A program made the translations under genes and the position numbers. Under the pieces are notes generated by a model. It ran no database searches and was not told the origin of the DNA. It saw only the letters and a program-made list of their open reading frames with translations. From an uncultured delta proteobacterium (lineage in GTDB: Bacteria; Myxococcota; B64-G9): a stretch of 64,000 nt of DNA. The DNA lies in assembly GCA_963754925.1 (NCBI GenBank), contig CAVWHX010000007.1, positions 297,288-361,287 on the forward strand, read 5' to 3'. This document shows, one piece after another, positions 10,745 through 21,281 of the stretch (the stretch's first letter is position 1; every line of letters begins with the position of its first letter).

Positions 10745-11596
10745 ATGAAAACCTTCGAAAGATTTTTAGTTTTTTTCGTAGCGTCGATTTTAGTACCTGG
10801 TGTTGCTCGGCCGAGCAATGACCGTCAATCAGACAATAATATGCAGTTGGCTCAGGCCGTAGCTCAGGCCAGTGAACCCCAACCACAGCCGGTACAGCCA
10901 CCCTCCCCCGCGCCGACGAATTTGCCTCCCCCTCCATCAGCGGAACTTCCTGCTCCTCCGTCGAACGAGCCGGAGGCCTCTGAGCAGGTTGCTCCGACGG
11001 GCCAATGGGTTTACACGGACCAATATGGATGGGTCTGGATGCCTTACGGGGATGCATATAGCTATGTACCATCGAACGGAGCTGAGCCGGATATGTACGT
11101 TTACTATCCGTCCGTCGGCTGGTGCTGGGTGGTCGCGCCCTGGTTGTGGGGTTTCGGACCCCTGCCGTTCTTCGGCATTTACGGCCCGTGGCACTTCGGT
11201 TGGTATGGCCATGGTTACGGTCACTGGTACGGCTTCGCGAACCACTATGGCAATGCTGGATGGGGCGTACGCGGCTACTGGCACGGCGGGCAGTGGCACG
11301 GCTACAACCGGGTCTCGCCTGGTCACACGGTATCACCACATCAAGGTAGTTATGGTGTATCTCCTCGGTCTGGGTACCAGGCGCCTGCTAGACATAGCTT
11401 TGCCATGCCCCAAAGAGGATTCGCCAGTAGAAGCAATTTCAGCAGCCATAGCGGGCATAGTTTTGCTCTGTCACGTGGGGGATTCTCCGGCGGAGGCGGC
11501 AGTTTCAGCGGCCGCGGTGGACATAGTTTTGCTGCGTCCCGCAGCGGATTCTCCGGTGGAGGCGGCCACGGTGGTCACGGTGGACATGGGAGATAG
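10745..11596 (+). CDS. Secreted protein with Pro linker, Trp/Tyr/Gly-rich (YGWVW) domain and Gly/Ser/His-rich repetitive tail
   Basis: RBS GGAGG, signal peptide, GQWVYTDQYGWVWMP, three HSFAxxRxGF repeats. Confidence 0.75.
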   Translation: MKTFERFLVFFVASILVPGVARPSNDRQSDNNMQLAQAVAQASEPQPQPVQPPSPAPTNLPPPPSAELPAPPSNEPEASEQVAPTGQWVYTDQYGWVWMPYGDAYSYVPSNGAEPDMYVYYPSVGWCWVVAPWLWGFGPLPFFGIYGPWHFGWYGHGYGHWYGFANHYGNAGWGVRGYWHGGQWHGYNRVSPGHTVSPHQGSYGVSPRSGYQAPARHSFAMPQRGFASRSNFSSHSGHSFALSRGGFSGGGGSFSGRGGHSFAASRSGFSGGGGHGGHGGHGR

Positions 11597-11652
11597 AACT
11601 TTTCGCTCACACCCGTTGTCTGCCAAATCTCGTTCTTATTGAAAACATAACA

Positions 11653-11728
11653 TTTATCATGTCGTCTGCACTTCCCTACCCCACATTGAAACTTGCCGGA
11701 TAGTTCGCTCGCATGACTGTGTCGCCAT
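11653..11728. repeat. Dispersed intergenic repeat, copy 4 (left half only)
   Basis: tttatc..tctgc..ttccctacc..cattgaaacttgcc...tgtcgccat matches the left parts of copies 1 and 3. Confidence 0.6.
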
Positions 11729-11842
11729 TGCTCACTAATTATTAAAATCATTGAAAAATCGCCTTTGTGCGATATTTCTTTTATGCTACATTGGTTGCAT
11801 CAGATCGTCCGACCATCAGCCGGATAATGCTGGGGTTTATCT

Positions 11843-13759
11843 ATGGCAAAAGAAAATCCTGCATCAGTAAAGAAACAAGATGTCGAAAATTTTAAACCAG
11901 AGAGTAAAAAAGAAGCAAAAGGCACTCCTTCTTACTTAATAAAATTCATCATGCCTCATATTCTGATCGTCTTGGCGGCATTGGTTGTTTACGCGGGAAC
12001 TTTGAACTATGGCTATATCAAGTTCGATGATGATCTACTGGTCCAACACAATGCCTCGGTTCTCAAAAACATGACTATGAAAAATATCCAAAGTATATTC
12101 TCGACCGACGCCTTCCTCAATCCCGTCGGAAAAGAGTTCTACCGTCCCCTGCAGACCTTGAGTTATATGGTCGATATGCAGATAAATGCTAATAATCCAG
12201 CGATATTCCATAGTTCGAACTTTATTTATCACTGTCTCGCGTGTATAGCGCTATTCCATTTGCTCATTCTGCTGAAGTTCGATCGGCGGCTCTCTCTCGC
12301 GGGTGTAGTGCTTTATGCGGTGCATCCTTTGTTTTGCATGGCGGTGACGTGGATGCCCGGGCGTGGTGATTTGCTGTTAGGCTTATTTGTGCCAACCAGT
12401 TTTATCTGCTTCATAAAATCTATTAGGTCAACAACACAAAAAAAATCTAAGCTCTATTTGGCAGGTACTTTATTCCTCTATCTATTGGCAATTTTTAGCA
12501 AGGAAACCGCTATTGTTCTTCCTGTTATCTTAGCGCTTTATTATGTTCTTGAAAAACAGAAAAAATTTAATGGCATTTTTATTAAAGATAATGTATTGTT
12601 GCTTTATCTGGTTTTGGGATGTTTAATTATAACGACACTATGGTATATTACGCGCAGTATTGCTATTCCTCTGCCAATCGCCGCGTCACAATTCGGAATT
12701 GAGCCGTTTTTTAAGAGTTTTGCGGTTATTCCCGAATTCATAGCCAAGTTCATTATACCAATAAACGTAGCTTCTATTCCAAGTTTTTCATTCACGATAA
12801 CTGCGTTGGGCTTGGTATTATTTGTAGTTCTAATGGTATTGACTACTATTAAAAAAGATAAGGATTATACAAAAATACTATTGGGAATAGCGTGGTTTTT
12901 AATGTTTTTATTCCCCACTATGACCTACCGGCATCAACTCGGCGATACGGCTTATTCGTATTTAAATCACCGCGCCTACCTGCCTATGATGGGCATGTTA
13001 ATGTTTTTGTTTTCAATTATACCAAGTCAGGTTCAACAGAAAAATATTAATATGATAATTATTCCGGTTGCAGTTATTTCGGTTATTTTTGGCATAATGT
13101 CTAAAGTTCAGACAACGATATATTACGATTCAGTAGGTTTTTATACCAGCGCAATCGAGGAGAACCCTCAATCTGCATTTTGCTATAATAACAGAGGTAA
13201 AATCTTTGCTGACAACGGAGAGTTAGATAAAAGTATGGCGGACTTCAACAAGGCACTGGAGCCCAATCCCGAAGATGACTACGCTCTATCCAATCGTGGC
13301 TATATAAAGATTAATCAGAAAGATTATCGAGGCGCTATTGCAGATTTACGAGAAGCAATCCGTCTGAAACCCGATCTTGCGGCCGCATACAATAATATGG
13401 GCGTTTCATTTTTTAACCTTAATCAAATGACCGAATCGCTTGAGGCTTATAACAAAGCAATAGAGCTTAATTCCAATTATGTCGACGCCTACTCGAACAG
13501 AGCCCTGCATAAGTTTACCAATCATGACAATATTGGCGCCATTGAGGATTATTCGAGAGCAATTATGCTCAGCCCGAGAAAGTATGTATATTATGCTGAC
13601 AGGGCTGCGGCGTATTTCAGAGTTCAAGAGTTCGATAAGGCTTGCGGCGACTGGAAACGCGCCGCGGAACTCGGCGATCAGAATTCGGCGCAGAATATTA
13701 AAAATGCTTGCCAAGGCGGCGCAAAAAGAATTTTTTGTCAAGGGTCGGCCTGTCCCTAA
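11843..13759 (+). CDS. TMTC-like GT-C membrane glycosyltransferase with C-terminal TPR repeats
   Basis: FDD, FYRPL, HP, SKETA, RAYLP motifs; many TM segments; TPR repeats AYNNMG/AYSNRA. Confidence 0.85.
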   Translation: MAKENPASVKKQDVENFKPESKKEAKGTPSYLIKFIMPHILIVLAALVVYAGTLNYGYIKFDDDLLVQHNASVLKNMTMKNIQSIFSTDAFLNPVGKEFYRPLQTLSYMVDMQINANNPAIFHSSNFIYHCLACIALFHLLILLKFDRRLSLAGVVLYAVHPLFCMAVTWMPGRGDLLLGLFVPTSFICFIKSIRSTTQKKSKLYLAGTLFLYLLAIFSKETAIVLPVILALYYVLEKQKKFNGIFIKDNVLLLYLVLGCLIITTLWYITRSIAIPLPIAASQFGIEPFFKSFAVIPEFIAKFIIPINVASIPSFSFTITALGLVLFVVLMVLTTIKKDKDYTKILLGIAWFLMFLFPTMTYRHQLGDTAYSYLNHRAYLPMMGMLMFLFSIIPSQVQQKNINMIIIPVAVISVIFGIMSKVQTTIYYDSVGFYTSAIEENPQSAFCYNNRGKIFADNGELDKSMADFNKALEPNPEDDYALSNRGYIKINQKDYRGAIADLREAIRLKPDLAAAYNNMGVSFFNLNQMTESLEAYNKAIELNSNYVDAYSNRALHKFTNHDNIGAIEDYSRAIMLSPRKYVYYADRAAAYFRVQEFDKACGDWKRAAELGDQNSAQNIKNACQGGAKRIFCQGSACP

Positions 13760-13884
13760 TTCTCCGCTGAACTCTAATTTTTATACCCTCCAGATTGGAG
13801 CAGCTTGGGGGAAGCCAAACTTTAACTTGCCATAAACGTTGCCGCAATAATAATATCGATATAGCAGTCCAACCGAGGTGGACC

Positions 13885-14551
13885 ATGAAGGTTATCGCTC
13901 AACGGAATATCATACGAAGACATCTTCAATCGTCGGTGAAATGCGCATTAGTTGTGTCGTTGATGATTTTTTTTACTCAAGGCTGCTCAAGTCAGGCACC
14001 AGAATTTAAGCCTGATCCCGGCATTGAAGTAGGTCACTCGAGCAAGACTGCTGCATTTTATTCGTTAGAAACTGATAATCAGTCCATCGGTGACGCCACG
14101 ATATTTTTTGAGGGTATATTCCCGATAAATGGAAATAAGGAACAGAGGCTACAGATTGGACTTCGAATTCATAACGGCCGGGCTACCCCTGTCGAGGTTG
14201 ATGTTGGCGATACAGAAATAAAGATCCACACCGTGGATGGCAATTTATTGTATGAAAAGGCGAAGAGTTTTAGCGGCTCTACCACTATCTCGCAACATGA
14301 AACCAAGCAAAGTGGATTTTAACTTTCCGATCCCGACCGGTGTAGGGAAGGAGGAAATCGTAGCATTTGACTTCAACTGGACCGTTGCCTATGGAAGTTT
14401 CAGAATCAATAAAACAACATCGTTTTCCCGCAATAACGACCTAGATAATTCTAGTTTCAGACGATTTTTAATCCATTCGGGGCTTCTCAATACGGCTCGG
14501 ATTGTCCGAGCAACAAAGATCCCGACGGATACTGTCAATAGTTGTGTCTGA
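13885..14551 (+). CDS. Hypothetical lipoprotein, frameshifted near 14320
   Basis: GAGG RBS, TQGC lipobox-like; ORFs 13795..14322 and 14237..14551 join plausibly. Confidence 0.55.
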
Positions 14552-14666
14552 AAGCATGAGCACATCCTCGTTCGCATTCCATCTTTAATTCTAAACGAAC
14601 ATACCTACAAGAGCACTGGGCATGCTGATGCGCCGCATCAGATAACACAGTTCATCATTATGGTGT

Positions 14667-16457
14667 TCATTGGCGAGAAATGTTTTCACGACCCGATCGT
14701 TTTGTCAGCATCTCTGGTTGATCCAATATCATAACGGGTTCATTTACAAACTCTCCGGAAAATTCTCTTGACCATCCAGTTCTCTTGTGCAATATGACTG
14801 GTTTGATATTTCCCACTCGCTGACCATGTGATTTGCATACATTCAAATAAGTACTAATTCCGTTTCCAGGCGCGATCAGAAAAATGGTAAATGAATGCAG
14901 CTGGTTTAAGTGTCTGCTGTATTTATAATGATAATTTTTCATTAAGTCTTCTTCGATCTCTTTCTTCAACCCAACGCACAGTTTTTTTGTATAGTATTGT
15001 TCTTCAATGTTCGGTTCAATATAGAGAACATAATAATATTCATCCTTCAGATTCTTTTCGGGGGCCATCATGTAAAATGAAGGATTAAGTTTGTATTTGA
15101 CAAATATGCGAGTCAGAATCTCATGCACATGATTCTCGTTCAGTTTTTCTCCGAAATAGTCTGAAATATTGCCCTCTTTCCCGACAAAATCAACGATCGG
15201 GCACGAGTCGATAAAACCGGTTACCTGTATAAGATCATGCAACTGATATCTATAGAATCCGCCGCCTGTCGTGATAACAACCGAGTATGTTTTACCGATC
15301 TCCAATTCAGAAGCCAACTTTATTTTGATGTTATTATTATTCGACGTTTCTTCGTTTTTATACTCTATAAATTCATAGAAATGAGACTGAGCAGACAATA
15401 CATATCCATTTTTGCCTACTAAGGGAAATGAAATAATGCCTTCCGTAGCAAGCAATCCTTTACCCTGGATGGCAACCCCCGGGAAATACTGCATGATATC
15501 GGATAGATATGTTTTTGCATATGCGGATGTCCAACAGCTAATAAGTGTCAAATTTGGCCATATGTTTTTAGTGATTAGATCATTAAGGATTTTATTTTCG
15601 TTCATAAGATCAGATAGTTCTTTTGCTCGTTCTCTGTTTTTCCCCAGTTTTTTTTCAAGCAGGTGGCGAAGCCCGAGTTCCAATCCTCCTTCTGGAGGAT
15701 TAATGGTGCCCTGTGACAAGTCGACAATCAGTTGGTCTTTCCAGTCATCAAGATGATTTAGAAGAAGCGTCAAAAACGTTGGGTTCCAGATCGATATCAA
15801 GACCAGGTGTTTTTCTTTTTAATAAGAACAAAAGTGTTACATATCGGAAGGAATCGATATCATCAATTTTTTTTACATCGCTTGGCACGGCAAAAATTTG
15901 ATTTAAAAGTATATTCTCGATAACGCCGAAGTATTCACTATCTTCTTCAAATCCAATTGGTATTCCTCCTGATGTTCGTCTGAAAACTTGGGCAACGGGG
16001 GAAATAGAAAAATAAATTTTACCCCCAAAAAGCCCTTTATAATGTTTAAACAAATCATGAATCCATACTTTAACGCCCCTTTGAAATTCTTCTTTCAGAC
16101 TTTTTGTGTACGGGATTAGCTTGGATGCGGCCGTCGAACCGCTGGAAAGCTCAAACATCGACAATGGCTCAGTGGTTAATACCTTCGACTCTCCTGCCGC
16201 AATTTTTTTAATATACACATCAAAGTCTTCATAGTTTGATAGAGGAACATTATCCTGAAAGTCTTGTATGTTTTTGATCTTATCGAAATTATGTTTCTTT
16301 CCATACTGTGTATTTGAATTTTTTGTTACTATAGATAATAAAAGTTTTTCCTGAGTCTTGTGCAAATTTTTAAGGCTTTAAAAAATCGTTTGCTTTCAGG
16401 TATACACAAAAGTACCCATAGGCTCATGACCAATTTACTTATAAATTGTTTTAACAT
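14667..16457 (-). CDS. GH3-family (acyl acid-amido synthetase-like) protein, two frameshifts (~16380, ~15800)
   Basis: ELSSGSTAASKLIP, LATEG, HFYEF, TTGGGFYRYQLHD. Confidence 0.85.
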
Positions 16458-16716
16458 ACCGCTTCACCTAATTACATACGATTGAGCACTTTTATGAAGC
16501 GTTCTCCCTAATTATTTTCAATGAGACTGACCGGCCCTGCCAACCACCACCGTGATTTCTTCTTTACTGCATTCCTCTTTCCGACAGGAGTTGACTACGT
16601 TGCTGACTGTTGCTAGAGGCTCAAGCGATCGAAGACACTCCGGGCCAGGGATTCCGCACCTTTTATGAGTCCACGAGCGAACTCACCGTTACATAATTGT
16701 ATACTCCATATAAATA

Positions 16717-16755
16717 ATTGAACATAGTGTCAAGACAATATTGAACATGGTGTCA
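16717..16755. promoter_or_regulatory. Tandem quasi-palindromic operator pair (ATTGAACATRGTGTCA x2)
   Basis: 16717-16732 and 16740-16755, 15/16 identical. Confidence 0.5.
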
Positions 16756-16896
16756 GTGGTGTATGTGGCCTACCTGGCAATGATTCCCGCCATGCCCTGG
16801 CGGCGTTCGGTTGTCTGATTAAGAATGGCCACAGACTCTTGTCAATTCACGTATCGGTCCTTATTCTATTATCGATATCGTTGAGGAGAAATAGAA

Positions 16897-17979
16897 ATGG
16901 ATTCTAGGATCGAAGCGGTACCCAAACCGATACTCATTGAGCGAACAGAGGCCGCACTGCACCTTATCCTCAATCGACCTGAGGCGATAAACAGCCTTAA
17001 CCTTGAAATGGTACGCACTATCACCGCCGAAATCGAAAAGGTAAAAGAGGACCCTGCCGTGAAACTAATTGTTTTAAGCGGGATCGGCCCACGGGGTTTT
17101 TGTGCCGGCGGAGACGTCAAGATCCTGGCAAAAGCCTTTCAAGAACAGAATATTGAACCTGCTCTGCAATTTTTGAGGGAGGAATACAACCTCGACTACG
17201 CTATCTACCGTTATCCCAAGCCAGTAGTGATCTTTGCCCACGGCATCACCATGGGCGGCGGCCTCGGGCTTTCGGCCGGAGCGGATGTGATTGTAGCCGA
17301 TGAAACCACCCGTATGGCGATGCCCGAAACCCGCATCGGACTCTTTCCCGATGTCGGAGCTACCGGGTGGCTGTTCCAGAAGTGTGGCAAGAGAGGTTAC
17401 CCCGAATTTCTGGGGGTCACCGGGTACGAACTGATAGGCACCGAATGCGTGCGTATCGGCCTGGCAACCCACGTTATACCTTCGGTAAGGTTTGAAGAAG
17501 CTATTAACACTTCCATCCGGCACTCACCGCTGCTGCCTCTTGAACGAACGGCCGCTTCAGCCAGGCTCGAACAAATTTTCCGCCCCTTTACGATCAAGGA
17601 TATGCCGGAGAAGCTAGAAATGGACGCTTGGGTAGAGGAATACTTCGCGGACAAGACCTCAGTGGTCGACCTCCTCGAGAACTTGAGAGCCTGCAGCTCC
17701 CAAAGTACCCTTTGCGAAGGTGTTTTCAGCAGGCTTTCGGAACGTTCTCCGAGCGCGGTGGTGGCAACGCTCAAATGCTTGCGTCACGACAAGGGCGCGA
17801 ATCTCAAGGATGTTTTTGAATCGAACTTGAAGGTCGTACGGTACCTTATGGCTCAGCATGATTTCAAAGAGGGTGTGCGGGCTCGGCTTATCGATAAGGA
17901 TGACCGGCCTCGCTGGGATCCGGCCGACTTCAAGAAAGCGGCGAAGTTAGAGCACCTGGTGCCGCTCGATCGCACCTAG
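16897..17979 (+). CDS. Enoyl-CoA hydratase/isomerase family, 3-hydroxyisobutyryl-CoA hydrolase-like
   Basis: LNRPEAINSL, FCAGGDV, GITMGGG, AMPETRIGLFPDVG, DFKEGVRARLIDKD. Confidence 0.9.
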   Translation: MDSRIEAVPKPILIERTEAALHLILNRPEAINSLNLEMVRTITAEIEKVKEDPAVKLIVLSGIGPRGFCAGGDVKILAKAFQEQNIEPALQFLREEYNLDYAIYRYPKPVVIFAHGITMGGGLGLSAGADVIVADETTRMAMPETRIGLFPDVGATGWLFQKCGKRGYPEFLGVTGYELIGTECVRIGLATHVIPSVRFEEAINTSIRHSPLLPLERTAASARLEQIFRPFTIKDMPEKLEMDAWVEEYFADKTSVVDLLENLRACSSQSTLCEGVFSRLSERSPSAVVATLKCLRHDKGANLKDVFESNLKVVRYLMAQHDFKEGVRARLIDKDDRPRWDPADFKKAAKLEHLVPLDRT

Positions 17980-19430
17980 CGCCTACGGCGACCGCGCTCC
18001 CGTTCATGTCCACGCTCGTGGTTGACCGACTTTTCGATCCGCTCCTTACGCTCGTGCTCGGCTTTTTGTAGATCCGTCATTTTCTCGATGCGGTGGTGCG
18101 TGAAGAAGTACTTGAGAGCGAAGGCCGTCAGGTGCTCACCGTCCGGATGCTCCTTGAGTTGCTGCGCCAGCGGAATGTAAGCCTCGAAGATCGAGGTGTT
18201 CATAGCTTCCTTGAGCTCGGCTATGTGTCGTTCGATCCAGCGGCTGGTGGCCTCGTCCGGCGTCGGCAGCTTTCGTTCCTCGAATACCACATTAAACCTC
18301 TTCTGTAAGGCCGATACGGTCATGATCTCGGCACCGGAGACGAGCGAAAGGCTGGTCCCCTTCTTGCCGATGCGACCGGTGCGGCCGACCCGATGCATGA
18401 AGACCGATGGGTCCTCAGGCAACGAGTAGTTGACCACGTGCGACAGATCCGAGACGTCGATGCCGCGAGCGGCTATGTCGGTGGCCACCATGAAGCGGAC
18501 CTCGCCGCGCTTGACCTTGGCCATAACCCGCTCGCGCTCCTTCTGAGGTAGGTCGCCGTTGAGCAGCTCGGCGTCGTAGCCGTTTCGATTGAGCACGGCG
18601 TACACCAACGAGGTATCGTTGCGTGTATTGCAGAAGATGATAGCCGTCGCCGGCTCCTCCTGCTCGATCATATAGAGCAGGTTGCGCGGTTTCGGGTATT
18701 CATCGACCGTGTGATAGAGCACGTTGTGGATGTTATCGACGCGGTACTCATCACCGGTGAGAAGGATAGTCTCCGGGTCGGTCAAGTAGGTGCGGATCAA
18801 ACGCCCGATGTCGGCCGGGACGGTGGCCGAGAAGAGCAGCTGCTGGCAGTCCGTGGGCAAATGGTCGAGGATCCGGGTCACCTCCTCGAAGAATCCCCGG
18901 TTAAGCATCTCGTCGGCCTCATCGAGGCAGGAGACCATGCACGCGTCGAGCACCAACGCCTTGTTCCGAATATGGTCGTAGATCCGTCCTGGGGTGCCGA
19001 CCACGATTTCGGCGCCGGCTTTCAGCTTTTCGAGCTGCTTGCCCATCGCGGCGCCGCCGTAGATGGTCACCACCGAGAGGTCGCGGTGCTTGGCCAGCGC
19101 CTCGAACTCCTGCGCCACCTGGATGGCCAGCTCACGGGTCGGGCACATCACCAGCGCTGAAGGCTTGCGTCGCCCGTCGGGGATCCGTTCGAGCATCGGG
19201 ATGGCGAAGGCGGCCGTCTTACCGGTGCCGGTTTTCGACCGAACAATAACATCCTTACCATCCCGCACCGGGCGGAAGGTACGCGTTTGCACCGGGGTGG
19301 GTTTGGCATAGCCGTGCTCGGCGATTGCCCGGCGGAGGTCATCCGACAGTTTCATCTCGTCGAAGGAAGCCTCTGAAACGTAATCGGACTGTACCGGCGC
19401 TCCTGCCCCGGAGTGCTTTTTGTTTTCCAT
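17976..19430 (-). CDS. DEAD-box RNA helicase
   Basis: TGTGKT, PTRELA, DEAD, SAT, ARGID, HRVGRTGR. Confidence 0.95.
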   Translation of the reverse strand: MENKKHSGAGAPVQSDYVSEASFDEMKLSDDLRRAIAEHGYAKPTPVQTRTFRPVRDGKDVIVRSKTGTGKTAAFAIPMLERIPDGRRKPSALVMCPTRELAIQVAQEFEALAKHRDLSVVTIYGGAAMGKQLEKLKAGAEIVVGTPGRIYDHIRNKALVLDACMVSCLDEADEMLNRGFFEEVTRILDHLPTDCQQLLFSATVPADIGRLIRTYLTDPETILLTGDEYRVDNIHNVLYHTVDEYPKPRNLLYMIEQEEPATAIIFCNTRNDTSLVYAVLNRNGYDAELLNGDLPQKERERVMAKVKRGEVRFMVATDIAARGIDVSDLSHVVNYSLPEDPSVFMHRVGRTGRIGKKGTSLSLVSGAEIMTVSALQKRFNVVFEERKLPTPDEATSRWIERHIAELKEAMNTSIFEAYIPLAQQLKEHPDGEHLTAFALKYFFTHHRIEKMTDLQKAEHERKERIEKSVNHERGHERERGRRRR

Positions 19431-19453
19431 ATCACCACGGCCAGCATAATTTG

Positions 19454-19720
19454 TTATTCGGTTCGCTTCAACGATACTCGGATTCTTCCCGGTACCGTCG
19501 CGCCTTTTCTTCCCTTTAATTTAATCTCCTCATTGAACATGGACAAGCTCAAAGGACACGGAAGCCTATTCTCACCCACGTACTGGCATTCGTCCTGATC
19601 GCACTTCACCACGAGGGTCGCCTTGCTATTAAACCCTGCCGTGCGTCGGTTATAAAGACAAATCCGAACCGTCTCATGGACAACCGTACATAAAAACTCT
19701 TTTGCATTTTTAGTGGCCAT
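19454..19720 (-). CDS. Small Cys-containing hypothetical protein
   Basis: RBS AGGAG; five spaced Cys. Confidence 0.6.
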   Translation of the reverse strand: MATKNAKEFLCTVVHETVRICLYNRRTAGFNSKATLVVKCDQDECQYVGENRLPCPLSLSMFNEEIKLKGRKGATVPGRIRVSLKRTE

Positions 19721-19791
19721 TTGTTCTCCTGTTGTTACTATAGCACGAGAAGGGCTCTTGTACCTTTTTAAATCGGAACAGGGGTATTGAA

Positions 19792-20451
19792 ATGTCCGTC
19801 AGACTATTCCAGGCCGTTTTATTCGATATGGACGGCACCCTGTTGGATACGCTTGAGGATATCGCCACGTCCATGAATACGGTGCTTGCGCGAAATGGAT
19901 TCCCCACCCATCCGGTGGATCGATATCGGTGGTTTGTTGGCGGCGGTGTTGAAAGGCTTACGCGCGGAGTTCTTCCCGATGGTTTGAGCGATACCGACCG
20001 CATACGGAAGATTACTGAACAGATGAAAGAGGAGTATTCTCAGCGATGGCATGACACCACCAGATTGTATCCAGGTGTGAAGCAGATGCTTGATGGTCTA
20101 CACGAAGCCGGAATTCGTCTTGGGATACTCTCAAACAAACCCGACAAATTTACAAAAATGATTTACGATTATTTCCTGGGCCCATGGAATTTCGAGCTGG
20201 TGCTGGGTGCATCGGCGGAGCTTCCGAAAAAGCCGGACCCGACCGCGGCGCTTGTCATCGCTAAAAAGATGGGGATTGAACCAAGACAATTTATTTACCT
20301 CGGCGATTCCGATACCGATATGAAAACCGCGCTAGCCGCGGATATGTATCCGGTTGGAGCTCTTTGGGGATTCCGGGACGCCAAAGAGCTTCAAGAAAGC
20401 GGCGCAAAAATGTTGTTACGCAAACCCCAAGACCTTTTGAACCTGGTTTAG
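19792..20451 (+). CDS. HAD-family phosphatase (phosphoglycolate phosphatase-like)
   Basis: FDMDGTL, SNK, KKPDP, GDSDTD. Confidence 0.92.
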   Translation: MSVRLFQAVLFDMDGTLLDTLEDIATSMNTVLARNGFPTHPVDRYRWFVGGGVERLTRGVLPDGLSDTDRIRKITEQMKEEYSQRWHDTTRLYPGVKQMLDGLHEAGIRLGILSNKPDKFTKMIYDYFLGPWNFELVLGASAELPKKPDPTAALVIAKKMGIEPRQFIYLGDSDTDMKTALAADMYPVGALWGFRDAKELQESGAKMLLRKPQDLLNLV

Positions 20452-20531
20452 GGAGTAGTGTTATCTTATATAGTAATAAATTGGTTTTGGTTTGAACCCT
20501 TCGTTCTATGATCCTAATCAAGGAGGTCAGC

Positions 20532-21087
20532 GTGGCACGGATACCTTATTTTTCCCCAGCAGCTGCAGATACGGAAAAGCTCACCTTACTCAACAGCGCA
20601 CCACCATTGAATATCTTTAAAATCAGCTGCGCATGCCGCCTACCCGATTGCTCGCAAATTCATCAGCTTTATTAAAGTGATCCTTGCTGATGGCAAACTC
20701 GATCCGATCCTGAGGGAGATGGCGATTGTCAGAACCGGTATAGTTTGCAGGTCGGCATACGAGGTCTACCAACACCGCAGGCTTTCACGAGGGTTAGGTA
20801 TGTCGGAGGAAAAACTCCAAGCTCTTTCAATTGGTTCGGAAGCGACCGTCTTTTCTGAGGTAGAACGCCTGATCCTGCGCTTCACCGAAGAATTAGTGTT
20901 GCAACGCAAGGCCAGCGATGCGACCTTTGCCGCGCTGAGCAAACATCTCTCGCGCGCAGAGATGGTCGAACTGACCATTGTTGTCGGGTGCTACATCATG
21001 ATAAGCACCTTTCTCATCAATTTCGAGGTTGATATCGAGGACCAACAGTCAACGGAGCTTGCCAAGCCAGAGGACAGCTCCCCCTAA
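20532..21087 (+). CDS. Carboxymuconolactone decarboxylase/AhpD-like protein, frameshift near 20625
   Basis: AGGAGG-GTG start MARIPY...LNIFK; LDPILREMAIVR...YEVYQH. Confidence 0.8.
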
Positions 21088-21121
21088 ATCGCAAACCTGA
21101 CTCGAAGCAACAAAACCCTTT

Positions 21122-21225
21122 CCTCTCCCAATTTTGAGGGTGTGGCAAAAGTCGAAGAACCTGTCACCCCCGCGAAAGCGGGAATGACCCCCATGGACTT
21201 TCGCAACACCCACATTTGGGAGAGG
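21122..21225. repeat. REP/MITE-like long palindrome
   Basis: Arms 21122-21153 and 21196-21225 are near-complementary; inner GTCACCCCCGCGAAAGCGGGAATGAC hairpin with GAAA loop. Confidence 0.75.
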
Positions 21226-21281
21226 CCGATGCATCGTCAGTAGGAGCTATAACAGGGTAAAAGTAAACGAAGAATCGGTCG

